A stretch of DNA of 64,000 bases, taken from positions 1-64,000 of the forward strand of contig JAHLWZ010000871.1 of the NCBI GenBank assembly GCA_020536535.1, given 5' to 3'. The stretch comes from Pelomyxa schiedti. Taxonomy: Eukaryota > Protista > Evosea. The notes under the pieces are model-generated. The model was not told the origin of the DNA. It saw only the letters and a program-made list of their open reading frames with translations, and ran no database searches. Position 1 is the first letter of the stretch. Each line of letters begins with the position of its first letter. The translations under genes and the position numbers were made by a program. Below, piece after piece: positions 1 through 11,320 of this stretch.

Positions 1-117
1 GTTTATTGTTATGTTACGCACCAGATCTTCGGCTGGTGGTGTGCTCATTCGATCCGGGGTCGCGTGTTTATTTTGTTGTTTTTTTTCCCCTTTTCGTGCG
101 GGCTACGCACCACCCTT
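1..117 (-). repeat. Perfect inverted copy of 2475-2591 (5' region, first exon and intron start of the PH-SH3 gene); runs off the left edge
   Basis: 1-117 is the exact reverse complement of 2475-2591; the ATG at 48-46 corresponds to ATG 2544-2546 (MSTPPAEDL then gtgcgt donor). Confidence 0.97.
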
Positions 118-750
118 CGGCGTCATCACAAAAATCACCATGTGTGATAATAGAAATGCGTATTTTGGGGATAAGTTTAAATAACTGCTTGCAAGTTTCC
201 TCCACTTGAGCACGCACCTTAAAAATATTAAAGAAAACCCACCGAAGTTTGGGGAAAAAAAAAGAAAAAAGGAATTTCAAGTACTTCTTCAAGATAGCAA
301 TACATTGACCCAGTGGTGTCAAAAGAGACTGACATAGAACGTAAGAAGGGTAATAACGGTAGCGAAAGGAAGTTGCTTACAACAAACGTCAACGCCGTTG
401 GAGGGGTCGGCATCCAAAAAGCTGGCAACCATTTCGTCCCTCTTTGTCCTCTGCGACGTAGAAAGAAGGTGGTCGTCAGGGCACGCGGCCATCGTGGCCT
501 TGGGCATCGCAGTTGGTTTAGTTACGTCAGCAGCAGCGGATTTCGTCGCGGCGTCAGTTTCGACGGTCGGCGTTGTGGTCGAAGTTGACGGCGATGCCGT
601 TGGCGCGGGAGACGTCGCTGTAGAAGAATCTCCGGGAGCGGACGCGATAGTAGGCAGCGTAGATCCGTCGGCTGCTGTAGGGGGCGTAGCGGCCGTAGTT
701 GCCGTAGATCTCGTGTCGCCTGGCTTCTTGCCCGCTCCCTTCTTCTTCAT
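68..750 (-). pseudogene. von Willebrand factor A (VWA) domain gene, C-terminally truncated at the inverted-repeat junction
   Basis: Exons 750-381, 328-285, 217-~118 give an Ala/Thr-rich N-terminus, then VDVCFSFDTTGSMYCYLEEVRAQV...IPKIRISIITHGDFCDD (MIDAS DxTxS). The frame then enters the repeat and stops at 70-68. Confidence 0.8.
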
Positions 751-1005
751 GTGTCGTTTTTTCGGTTTTTGGTTGTTTTGTGAGTCCTTTCATAGAAGTT
801 CCCGCATTCTCACTCCTTTCCAATTCCAGACACTGACAACTGCAAATCGGAGATACTGAGGGTGTCTCCTTCCCCGGTCCACTCCCTCGTAGGATCCTCT
901 TTCCGTGCTTAGGTAACTGTCCTACAGTCTCAGGAATCCTAGAGCCTCCGGGTTTTGGGTGAACACCTTTCCGGGAACGAGAAAATAACAAAAAAAAACC
1001 CCCCA

Positions 1006-2265
1006 ATGAGTGCCTTTTCGGCCGAAGTTAGGCGGCACTTCCCTGCTCTTTCGCGCCCTTGCGTCTTCTTCGACAACCCAGCAGGTACGCAGGTGCCGCG
1101 CCACACCATCGACGGCATCACCCGCTACCTCGTCGACACCAACGCCAACCACGGCGGCGTGTTCGCCACCTCTGTCGCCAGCGACGCCTCGGTCCGCCGC
1201 GCGCGCCAGGCCGCGGCCGACTTCCTCAACGCGCCGTCGGCCGACGACATCGTCCTGGGGCCCAACATGACGACGCTGACCTACCGCCTCGCCCGCGAGC
1301 TCGCCGCCCTCGTGTCCCCCGGCGACGCCGTCGTCGCCACGCGCCTGGACCACGACGCCAACGTCAGCCCGTGGGCGGCGCTGGCGGCCGAGCGCGGCGC
1401 CCGCCTGGTCCTGGTGCCCTTCGACCCCGCCACGGGCCTGCTCGACATGGGCGAGATGCGCCGCGTGTGCCGGGCGCTGCGCCCCCGCATCGTCGCGGTC
1501 GGCTACGCCTCCAACTCGCTGGGGACCGTCAACCCCGTCGCGGAGGTCGTCGCGGCCGCGCGGGAGGCCGGCGCCGTCACGTGGGTCGACGCCGTGCAGT
1601 GGGCGCCGCACGGGCCCATCGACGTGCAGGCCCTGGGCTGCGACTTCCTCGTGTGCTCGGCGTACAAGTTCTTCGGGCCGCACGTCGGCGTGCTGTGGGG
1701 CCGGCGCGAGCTGCTGGGCGGCCTGGCCATGGCGCACAAGGTCAGGCCCGCGTCCAGCGACCCGCCCGAGAAGTTCGAGACCGGGACCAACAACTACGAG
1801 GGCATATCGGGCCTCGGGGGCGCCTTTGAGTACCTCAGGTGGGTGGGGCAGACCTTCGGGGCCGAGTTCGCGCCGCAGCTCACGCAGTTCACTGGGGACA
1901 GGCTGCTGTTCAAGCAGGCGATGCTCGCCATCAGGAAGCACGAGACCGCGCTGTGCAGCGAAATCCTGGCCATGCTCAAGTCGGTCAAGGGAGTTCGCGT
2001 GTATGGCCCGGAGGACCCAAGCTTACGCGTTCCCACATTCTCGTTCACGATGGAGGGGAAGTCATCGCTGCAGGTGGCACGGCAGCTGGCAGATAGGGGG
2101 ATTTATGTGTGGTCTGGGAACTTCTATGCCCCTGGTGTTACGGAGGCACTTGGACTGGAGACTGAGGATACTGGGCTTGTTCGCGTTGGGGCTGTGCACT
2201 ACAACACATTGGAGGAAGTCAGGCAACTTGGGGTTGCTCTTTCCGCTATTTCCGGTTCCTCCTAG
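1006..2265 (+). CDS. Cysteine desulfurase-like aminotransferase class V (VC1184/TIGR01976-type), intronless
   Basis: FDNPAGTQVP, NANHGG, LDHDANVSPW, VDAVQWAPH, PLP-lysine motif CSAYKFFGPH, FETGT; GNFYA replaces the SufS/IscS catalytic-Cys loop. 419 aa from ATG 1006. Confidence 0.92.
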   Translation: MSAFSAEVRRHFPALSRPCVFFDNPAGTQVPRHTIDGITRYLVDTNANHGGVFATSVASDASVRRARQAAADFLNAPSADDIVLGPNMTTLTYRLARELAALVSPGDAVVATRLDHDANVSPWAALAAERGARLVLVPFDPATGLLDMGEMRRVCRALRPRIVAVGYASNSLGTVNPVAEVVAAAREAGAVTWVDAVQWAPHGPIDVQALGCDFLVCSAYKFFGPHVGVLWGRRELLGGLAMAHKVRPASSDPPEKFETGTNNYEGISGLGGAFEYLRWVGQTFGAEFAPQLTQFTGDRLLFKQAMLAIRKHETALCSEILAMLKSVKGVRVYGPEDPSLRVPTFSFTMEGKSSLQVARQLADRGIYVWSGNFYAPGVTEALGLETEDTGLVRVGAVHYNTLEEVRQLGVALSAISGSS

Positions 2266-2543
2266 TAGTAGAATTCTTTAGGATTCCGCATAATGCCAAC
2301 AGGACACGACCATACAAGTTCTTGTTTTCCTCCTTGTTTGGTTTAATTTGCTTTGTTATTGAGAACCTAAGTCAGAGCATCTCACACTTCCTGATGTATT
2401 TTGGTTGGTGTTACCGTTCGCGAAAAAAAACCGCTAAGGGAAAAAAAAAATCAAAAAATTATAAACCAGAAACAAAGGGTGGTGCGTAGCCCGCACGAAA
2501 AGGGGAAAAAAAACAACAAAATAAACACGCGACCCCGGATCGA

Positions 2544-3616
2544 ATGAGCACACCACCAGCCGAAGATCTGGTGCGTAACATAACAATAAACAAACACGTA
2601 CCCATGCACTACTTGCGTGGGCAACACACCGCTTTTTCTTTTTGCGTTTCGTCGTTTTTGAGTTCGTAGTTGTGTGGGTATTGTGTGTTGGGCTTTTTTT
2701 TTCCCCCCCGTCTAGTACTAACAAACAACCCCCATTCATTAGATCGTGAAAGGCTGGCTTGTAAAACTAGGCGCTATCCACAAAACGTGGAAAAAAAGGT
2801 GGTTCACCAACACGGCCTCTGAGCCATACATACTAGCCTACTACACAGATGAAACTTGTCGAGTGAAGAAGGTTACACAAATTACTTTCGTAATTGGCTC
2901 TTTGCCAACGTTCTCTTTGGCAGGGCCAAGTATCACTTCGAGAGGTTTATTCATTTAGAATTACTGTGGAGAACAAGGACAAGGGCGATAAGCAACGAAC
3001 GCAAATCTCTCTATCCACTCACGATAGGGATTGGAAAATGCGTGCTGACGGGGATAAGGCTGGGGAGCTCTGGACGGCTGGGTAAGACAATATCATACAG
3101 AATTTTGTGCAGTTTATAATTTTGCATTCCAGAATCAATAAGTTGATGCAACAGGTGGTAAAAGAACGCAAAAAACCAGATGACCCCAAGCCGGCTGGTG
3201 CAACCACTACCACTCCTGCTACCACAACTTCTACACCTTCAACAACATCAACAACTCCAGCCACAACTACACCCACACCAGCACCGCCAACAGAGTTATA
3301 TGCTACTGCTATAGCCTCGTACACATCCACAAATTCTGTATGTAATTTATGTGTTTACTGTTTGTTTATCACTTCCTCTCTTTTTTTTGTCCTATGTGTT
3401 ATTTTTTTCCCTTCGACGCTAACCAGACGCAGAATGAATTGTCTTTCCAGCGTGGTGACAGGCTCAAAATTATTGATAAAGAGGACCAAGACGGTTGGTG
3501 GGCTGCAGAATTCAATGGCCAAAGAGGGTACGCTCTTAAAAACGTTATTTTCTCCGTCGAATTTACAACAAAATAGGTGGGTTTCCTCTTTTTATGTCAC
3601 ATTGGATACCAAGTAG
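2544..3616 (+). CDS. PH domain + Thr-rich linker + SH3 domain adaptor (spliced)
   Basis: VKGWLVKLGAIHKTWKKRWF...LAYY (PH); ATAIASY...NELSFQRGDRLKII...DGWWAAEFNGQRGWVSSFYV (SH3); GT-AG introns. Confidence 0.88.
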
Positions 3617-3730
3617 TGGGTTGGGTTGTATAACATTGAAAAACAAAAACAAGTAAATATTTTTGTTCCTTGTCCAAACACAAATTTGTCTTTCCAAAAC
3701 GTGTCTATTTTAAATTTCTGGGTAAGTGAC

Positions 3731-4676
3731 TCACGGGTTATTTTGTGCTGTATGCGCACAATCCGCAAATGCACGGACGGTCCAGGGTGCGGTCGAGGAA
3801 TCACGCCAAAAATGAGACACCGCACAGTATCCCGGAGTATCTTCAACAGGCTTCCCTGCAAGTTTCTCTGAAATGGACTGGAATCCATATCTTGGTTGAA
3901 GTGAGTACAAGAGGCCAGGGGTACAAAAAGTTACCCATGGGTGACAAGTATCAGGCAGGGAGCCGGCGGCTTGGATAATAGTGCATCAACTGTGTCCTTG
4001 AATCGCTGCCAGAACACCGGTCTGGCTTCAGGGTAGGTAGGAAAGTCATGTACAGACACATATGTGGTATCCACAAGCCGTGTAGGGTCAGCCGGAAGTG
4101 CCGGCAAACCACATTCGGAAATTACACTTGACATGATTGCAGGAACCTGCACCACTGGAAGCATTCTAGGTTGACAGGTGAATTCATATCCCTCACGCAA
4201 GCCCTCCGCCAATCCATTCTCTATACGTATAGGAATTCCCAGTTTAGCCGCGATTGGTGATGCAGTCTTGAGAGAATAAGTAATACGAAGCAACCATGGC
4301 CGCAAACATTCACATATTAATTTCACGCTTTATTCCACTGGCAGTCCCACCCTCCCACAATCCAGGTAGGTACCTGTATCGTGCGGAGAAAAGGGGAGCA
4401 CAAAATAGCGGCGGCGGCAGGGGTCGCGTCCGCCCCCCCTTCGGGGTATCCTACGGCTATGCCCAGGCCCCCAGTGATCGACTGGGAGGCTATGCGGGCG
4501 CCAGTGGCGTGGGCCAGAAGCATGCCTGAGTACGTGAGAGGGGGGTCGTGCCTCGTGTCTGCGTGGGTGTCGGGCCACGTCGGGTCCACGTAGTCCTGCC
4601 TCTCTCCGTGCCTAACTACCCACACCTCGTGGACCTCGCATCCCGTTCCTGTTTGTGCTGGAGTGTGTGACTTCAT
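3731..4676 (-). CDS. Histidine phosphatase / phosphoglycerate mutase family protein
   Basis: WVVRHGERQD, DPPLT, CSPFLRTIQTA, IENGLAE, LILVTHG; spliced; stop at 3733-3731. Confidence 0.9.
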
Positions 4677-5144
4677 TTTACTGTTCGTTGTTGTGTTGTG
4701 TCGCGGGGTACTGGACTTTGGACCTCTGGAGGCTTAAAGGGCAGGGGAAACGGTTCCCAGAAACCTGCAACTTTTTCTTTTTCCGTCATCCCCTGTACAC
4801 AGTGTACTACTTGGACAATTTCTCTTCTGCACATAAAAGCTCAGGGCACTGTCCCTCACAAGTATTACCAAAGAGCAACGCCTCAGCTTGCTTTGGAAAG
4901 TCTCCGTTTGGTTTTTCATGTCAGGTGATAGACCTCGCCATCGTTTTGTGGGCTCACAGCCAAAAGTTTGGAACCAAACGGGAAACGCCTCTCTGGGAAA
5001 CAATTTTGTTTGTTGTGACTATGTTTTCCAAGTGGCGGGTGTTGACAGCCACCACATCACAACAAACAAAATTTTTTTTTGTCAAAGCAACGGTGGAAGG
5101 TGGGTGTTTGGTGTTTAGACAGCCTTGACAGACACTCAAATCAT

Positions 5145-5927
5145 TTACTTCAGAGGGATAAACCGAGAGCTGTGGGTGGCTATTGGAACGAATCAGTAAA
5201 TCAAAATACATAACACAAAAAGAGGGGTAATACGGACCTCCAATTCCAGGTCGGCCGTGGCGGACGGGCTTGTATGTGATGGAGAACTCACCAAGGTAGT
5301 GGCCAATCATCTCAGGCTTGATTTCGACCTGGTTGAAGGTTTTGCCGTTGTGAACGCCAACAACGCTGCCAATCATTCCTGGCAGAATGACCTTATCGCG
5401 GCAATGTGTGTTGATGCATTTGGGCTTCTCGCCTACTGCCAAATGCAGTTTCTAAGATTTGTAAGGAAGAACTTAGAGAATATATTAGGGAGGCACTATT
5501 AAGGACATATATAAATAATAAAAGTCTGGTAATACTTACAGAATTGTGAAGTTTCTTGCTGAGTTGAATGTGTTTGTGCTTAACACCGCGGGTGCGGGAG
5601 CGGCGTTGTCGTGCATTGAGAAGTTGGTAAACAGCGGATTCTTTCATTTCCAAGAGGTGCTCAAGGTCCACCCCTCTGAATTCGAATTTCTTGAAGGACC
5701 TCTTCTTGAGCTCACGCGCTTCGCGTGACTAACCACATGGAAAAAGGTCAGATAACTAGCAACGTAAAAACAGGAAAATCGAACGTAACAAAAAAAAAAA
5801 AAAACGCGTAAATACGAGGGGAAAAGAAAAAAAAAAGAGAGAGATGTACTTCGGCTTCGGTCATAGGGACAGCTGCGGCGGTTTCGGTGGCGGCAGGCGC
5901 CTCAGATGCAGGTGTCGTGTCTGTCAT
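5145..5927 (-). CDS. RPS15: 40S ribosomal protein S15 (uS19)
   Basis: [18 protein letters not shown]...[61 protein letters not shown]; 3 introns. Confidence 0.97.
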
Positions 5928-6043
5928 TTTCCTATCGTGCGAAAATAGGCGAGGTGCTGTGGGCACGCGACGGAAAAATACGCTACGAGGGCTGGCGGAA
6001 ATTTAAACAGGAAGAGATCCAAAGGGGAGAAAAAAAAAGGGTA

Positions 6044-6298
6044 GAACTCTGACGCAATTTCACACTTGTTCTTCGTTTTAGCCCTTTAGACTTAGACGTT
6101 TCGATTAGAACTGTTGAAGTTCAAGTGGGGGTTCTGCTAAGTGCAAGTGTGAACTTTCCAACAGAGCGTGTAAGTCTTGTTCGGTTAATATCTTTCTGTT
6201 TGGGCAGCTGAACAATGGATTTTCGGTTTTCCCGTTGATCAGCGGTGGCATGTTTCGCCATCAGAAACGTAACCATTTCAAATGGTTCAGACGAGTTC
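6044..6298 (+). ncRNA. Candidate structured RNA or structured 5' leader, family unassigned
   Basis: Nested helices: 6044-6049/6293-6298, 6059-6068/6144-6153 (10 bp), 6078-6082/6136-6140, 6108-6112/6118-6122, 6177-6186/6206-6215, 6244-6249/6257-6262, 6271-6276/6282-6287. Confidence 0.35.
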
Positions 6299-6335
6299 CT
6301 TTCCGTTAGAAACCAAAATTACAAACAAAATACCC

Positions 6336-7310
6336 ATGTCTACTGGTCAGTGCCTCCACCAACATCGCAGGAACACGGGTACCCAACAAGAACAAGGAGA
6401 ATGCGAACTGAGCTTGGAAATGCTTGTTCCTGCTGGATTCTACGAGAATTTCTGGTGGAGCCAAGAGGACAACATGTGGATACCAAGGAAAAGGAACGCC
6501 CCCGACAGAATTATGGAGGGTCTTTTTCTTGGAGATGAGGAGGACGCTTTCGACCATGAAGTATGCCCATTGTAGCTCACTTTTCTTTTTATAACTGTAG
6601 GAAAAGGTTTTGGATGAATTGGACATAACACACGTGCTTTCAGTCATGGAAATCGATGATATGGATACCCACCTTTCCCATTTTGATCCGTCTGTAATTG
6701 TCAAAGCAATATCGTGTGTATATCCTCCCATATTCAATACAGAGAAAAACAAGTTATCCTTCTTGAATAACTCGAGGTTGTAAACAGAATTCCGGATATG
6801 CCTACAGCAGACTTGTCACAGTATTTTGACAAGGCCATTACCTTTATAGGACAGGCGATACGCGGAGGTGGGAATGTGCTAGTTCACTGTGTATGGGGAA
6901 TGAGCCGAAGTGCTACCGTTGTGATTGCCTACATAATGTATACTCTCGGGGTTGGATTCCACACCGCTCTGAGGTGTGTTCAGCTATGCCGGCCAATTGT
7001 ATTCCCGAACCTGGGGTTTGCCAAGCAATTGGTGAAGTTTGGAAACCGGAGGAGAGTAACAAACCTCCGAATTTCAACAGAAACTATCACAACGATTGCG
7101 GCACCAGAGGAACCCATAAGTTTGTACTATTCCGGAGTAGCTCTGCCCCACTACGACAACCAGACTCAGTTCACTCTCACAAAGCAGGATTGCACCAACA
7201 ATCATCCCACAATCTCCAACCAACACATCGCGGCGGCATCGTCCTCTGCACCAGAGGCCTCGAACCGCCAACAAAATTCTCCTCCAACCAACGACTCTGT
7301 GCACTGCTGA
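6336..7310 (+). CDS. Dual-specificity protein phosphatase
   Basis: RIMEGLFLGD, ITHVLSV, IPDMPTADLSQYFDKAITFI, catalytic VLVHCVWGMSRSATVVIAYIM, PNLGF. Confidence 0.93.
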
Positions 7311-7454
7311 GACAGGTATTTTGTACTAGTTAATTTTGTCAATTTTGAGCTTCAAAATGATAAATTATGTTTTCGTTTCGTTCCTTTTTCCGGTAAAACC
7401 CACCGTTTCAACAGCCAGTGTACAAAAAAACCGAGTCTTTTTTTTTTCCTTCTC

Positions 7455-8950
7455 CTAACTTTTGTTGGTTGGGCTTCGGCGCTGTTCTGTTGGCGTTGGT
7501 GGCGAATCTACACGGCGGAGGGACGACGCCAGCGTCGGGGCAGCTCTCGTGGCCGCGGTCGTAGTTGCTACGAGGCTCGCTGCCGTTGTTGGGGCGGCTC
7601 TCGTGTCGGTTGTCGTTGTTGACGACAACGGAGTTGGCGGCGCAGGCGTCGGCGACGGAGTCGGCGTTGTGGTGTTGATGGCGGAGGTCGTTGACGCGGC
7701 GACGATTTCGTTGAATCTGGGAAGAACCGGCGGCTGGGATGCGGATTGTGGGATGGTGGTGGGCGTGGTGGTTGTGTAGAAGTCACGCCGAGTGTACAAA
7801 GTACTGGGCGTTTGAAATCGCTGAATTTGTTGCGGTGGTTGTTGTTGTTGTTGTTGCTGGAGCAGCTTGAGTTGGAAGTGTTCTTCATCCATCAAGTTGT
7901 TGTATTCTACTTCTTCATCTTGTTCTTCCTCTGCTTCGTTGGGGAGTTGGTGTGGTGGGGGATGATAAAGCGGCGGAGGGGGTGTGAAGAGAACCGGCTG
8001 TGGTGGGGGAAACAGTAGGGAGCTAGGGGGTGTGGACAGTATTACCGGCAGTGGAACTTTCACTTGATGCGGGGAAAGCGGGGGTGGAGCCAAAATTCCA
8101 GTGGTTTCCGGTGAGGGTTGTTGTGGCTCGGAACTGGGCTTCGGCCGCTTTTGTGCCTTGTGGTGGCTTGTGGACTTGGAGGAAATTAGCCGGTGCTGAC
8201 TATAAACTGTTGTAAAGGTAAGTGTGATTTCCAATTAACCTTTGTTACTCACATTTTGTCTTATGCATGCGGGATAGTAAGTCGAAAGTTGAAGACCTTG
8301 GAGGGGGATTACAGAGTCCAGTGACTACCAGTGTGATGCTGGAATTTATGTGATCTCTAAGTGGAGTTAGTATTATGTCCACATACTAGTAAAAATCTAG
8401 CAATACCTGGATGAACTGCAATTTGATCGACAACTATCAAATGTAAACATCTCAGAGTCATCATCCATGACTTGTGGAACGAGATCACTGGAAGTTGACA
8501 CTGTTATCAGAGGAACTTTGAATGTAGAACATCGCGAACACGTAAGTGGCTCTTTTTCCATGTTAAGATTTCAGAAGCTACATCCTGCAAACCGTTTGAG
8601 TCGGGCGGACAGCATATGGAATTTATTCCAGCATTGTAAACCATTTCGTCAGTAATACGATTAGCTGCCCTCCAACCAGCAAGGAAGATTACAGACACCT
8701 AAGGTTTAAAAAAAAAAAACCAAAAAATGAATTAGACAACACTGTATCCAACCAGAAAATCAAAATAACACACCGAGAAAGGCTGGTTTCGAAATATCTT
8801 GTATGCTGACAATACCACAACTACAGGCTGCTGTACCGTTGGTGTACCCGGCACACTCCCGTTTCTTGGTCTGTTGATATCCCCGGTCGTATTACGACTG
8901 TTGCCACTACTCCTGCCAGTCCCTTTTGCCCTTCCTGCTGACGGCCGCAT
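7455..8950 (-). CDS. Hypothetical protein with a Cys/His-containing domain and a long Pro/Gln/Thr-rich tail (possible transcription regulator)
   Basis: Spliced frames read CSRC...FTFDSCRSNCSSSRDH followed by a polyP/polyQ/Thr-rich tail; no family recognised. Confidence 0.55.
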
Positions 8951-9649
8951 GTAGAAACACAGCGCAAAAGAGGTTTATTTATTTGTTTGTTGCTATGTGG
9001 TTTTTTGTGTGTGCTTTTGTGGTTGTGTCTATTGGCCTTCGTGCTGCGCCGGAATGTACTTTCACTTGCGGTGCTTGATTATGTCACAGGGTTTTTTCCC
9101 ATTCACCTAAAGGAGGAGCTTCCTAAAGGGCTCTAGATACTGCCTGTTTAGTTGTAAGTTCGTGATGAGTCCACGTAACCAAGCAGGAAGACGATCTTGA
9201 CTGTTTTGGGATGTTGCCTGATCTAGTACTAGATCCCATTACGATTTTCCTGTAATGCCAAATCACAATTGTGCGGCGCCAAAACACGCAACTGTGGCTA
9301 TCGATTTTCACTTGCAGGACATCTTCTTCTTGCCTTTTATCTCAACCCCCATGTCCTCTACTTTCTGTGGGATTGATGACACACGGGAAAAGCCCCGCAG
9401 TTTTACGCGGGGTGAAAGCTGTGCAATTTTCGAAGCAGACCTTAACTAGACTCCTCTTTTGGACAGGTATTTGCTCGGGGAAGAGAATAGAATGAGACGC
9501 CACTCCCATGCAAGACCATTAACTAGTAATAAAAAAACTTTTGGTTCGTTTTTGGAAAAACGGTATCTTATTGTGGCAAAAGGAGGAAGCAGCTGCAATA
9601 ATCAAAGTGCCTTTCACACTCAACTTTGAATGGCAGGGCTTTGTTACTG

Positions 9650-11028
9650 TTATGAACTGTTGCCAGTGTTGAGGTGGTCAAACATCCCGTTGGCCGAAAA
9701 ATCACTGTCATCAACGGGGTCCGGCTCAACAGGTGGGGGTAGTGGCTTCAGAACAACTTCAAGGAACTTTCTCAGCACTTGGAGGCCATATATGACAGCC
9801 GCGACCATTTCGTACAGGAAGAGTGGCCGGTGGGCAGAGTCCAAGCCTAAGAGGTGTTGGGGAGTACAAAGAACTTTTGGAATGTATACCGTGGTACGCT
9901 ACAACAACATATAGAAGGAGCCCTACATGTAAGAATGATGTAAGAAGCGCTGTTGCTGTCAATATCCACTCATGGCCTGCATTGGTTGAAGAATCAATAA
10001 AACGGGATTAATACAAAGGGTCACACTCTCAAATCGTGATGCCTTGTGTGTACCAGGTGAACCGGAGGGCTGTTTGGGTTTTGGTTTTCCAACTGCAGCA
10101 AAGCAGCACACTAAAGTTTGCCACAGTATCTGAAGGGTATACATGAAAAGTAAGAGAGCAATCACGTGAGAGGCCATGGAGTCCGCAAATCCGAGAAAAT
10201 GAGACGGAAGTAAGACAATGATGGAACTGCTTGTCATAAGCACATCCCACAATATATTTGTGCGGCGTAGTTCCAGGAATCTCTCGATTTTCATGGGGTC
10301 CCCATTGATATGGAGTACGAGGCCATTTATCACAGCTACGACAGACGCAAGTAAAACCCAAGCCACGAAATAGGTTATGATCTCAGCAACTTCCTGAATC
10401 AAGTTAACTTTGCAAAAACTGTCAGGGCTCATACTAAGAGACTTTGGGTTTGTGCAGAAAGTACAAGGTTTTTCGCTCGTGTCCGCGTCCTATCTATCCA
10501 TACCATAAGCCCCAGAAGACAAGTACCAATTACTTCAACGCGGTAAGTACAGTGAAAGCGTGTAAAGCATGTAACACACAGGCAGCTGAAAGCATAACAG
10601 TTGTAGAACTTGACATTTGGTAAAGCTGCACAAGGGTGGATGGAATTCCAGAATAGCCGTAGAAAGAATACACGATGTGCATTTTGTCCTCGTGGGCTGC
10701 TAGAAGCAACACTACCACTGTTACAAACGCCGCAGCAGAAATACCCAAGTGAATTGAAGCTCTGCGCTTTTCGTAGTAGTACTTGCGGCGTCGCCACTCC
10801 ACGCATCGTTCCTTTTTAGAGTTTATTATTACATAATAATAAGAAAGTGCTTAAAAAGCAAGCATCAAACTCCAAAAGCCCAGCACCGAAATAGGAACCA
10901 AAACACGAATGAAAAGTACTCACTGCAACGGGAGAAACTCTCAACTCGTTTTCCAACTTGGCGAGCTCCACAGCGGCTTGCTGTTGAGCCATAGCCTCAC
11001 ATTCCTTCATACTTAGCTTCCTTCGCAT
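9650..11028 (-). CDS. Hypothetical multi-pass membrane protein
   Basis: Several consecutive exons with long hydrophobic segments after a charged helical N-terminus (MRRKLSMKECEAM...). Confidence 0.6.
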
Positions 11029-11320
11029 TTGTGTCGCTTTCCCGGTCCTAGGTACCGCACGGCGATGTCTCCTTTTTTTTGTTGTTTCTTTTTCTTCCTT
11101 GCCTTGTTGTTTCAGCTTGGTTTTCCTTGTTTTTCGGAGTCCAGAGATCACCTCCCTAACCACGTACTCTCAGTCTCAATCATTGAGCTCTGATGGTACT
11201 AGACTACTCTCTCTCCCATATCCCACATTTCCAGTCCTGTAGAAGGAGGTCCTTGCTTCCTGAAGGGAGGAACTTCCGGGAGGATCTGATGGTCCTTTTT
11301 TTATTGTTTCGCTTTTTTTT

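Noticed and set aside
922-1941. Long alternative-frame and antisense ORFs over the desulfurase-like gene
   Set aside because: Shadow ORFs caused by extreme GC3; no independent motifs.
6044-6298. Assignment as U3, telomerase RNA, RNase P/MRP, hammerhead or TPP riboswitch
   Set aside because: Only partial motifs (GAGCGTG, TTTGGG loop, TTCAGAC, GAAAC); the required boxes, template or catalytic core are missing.
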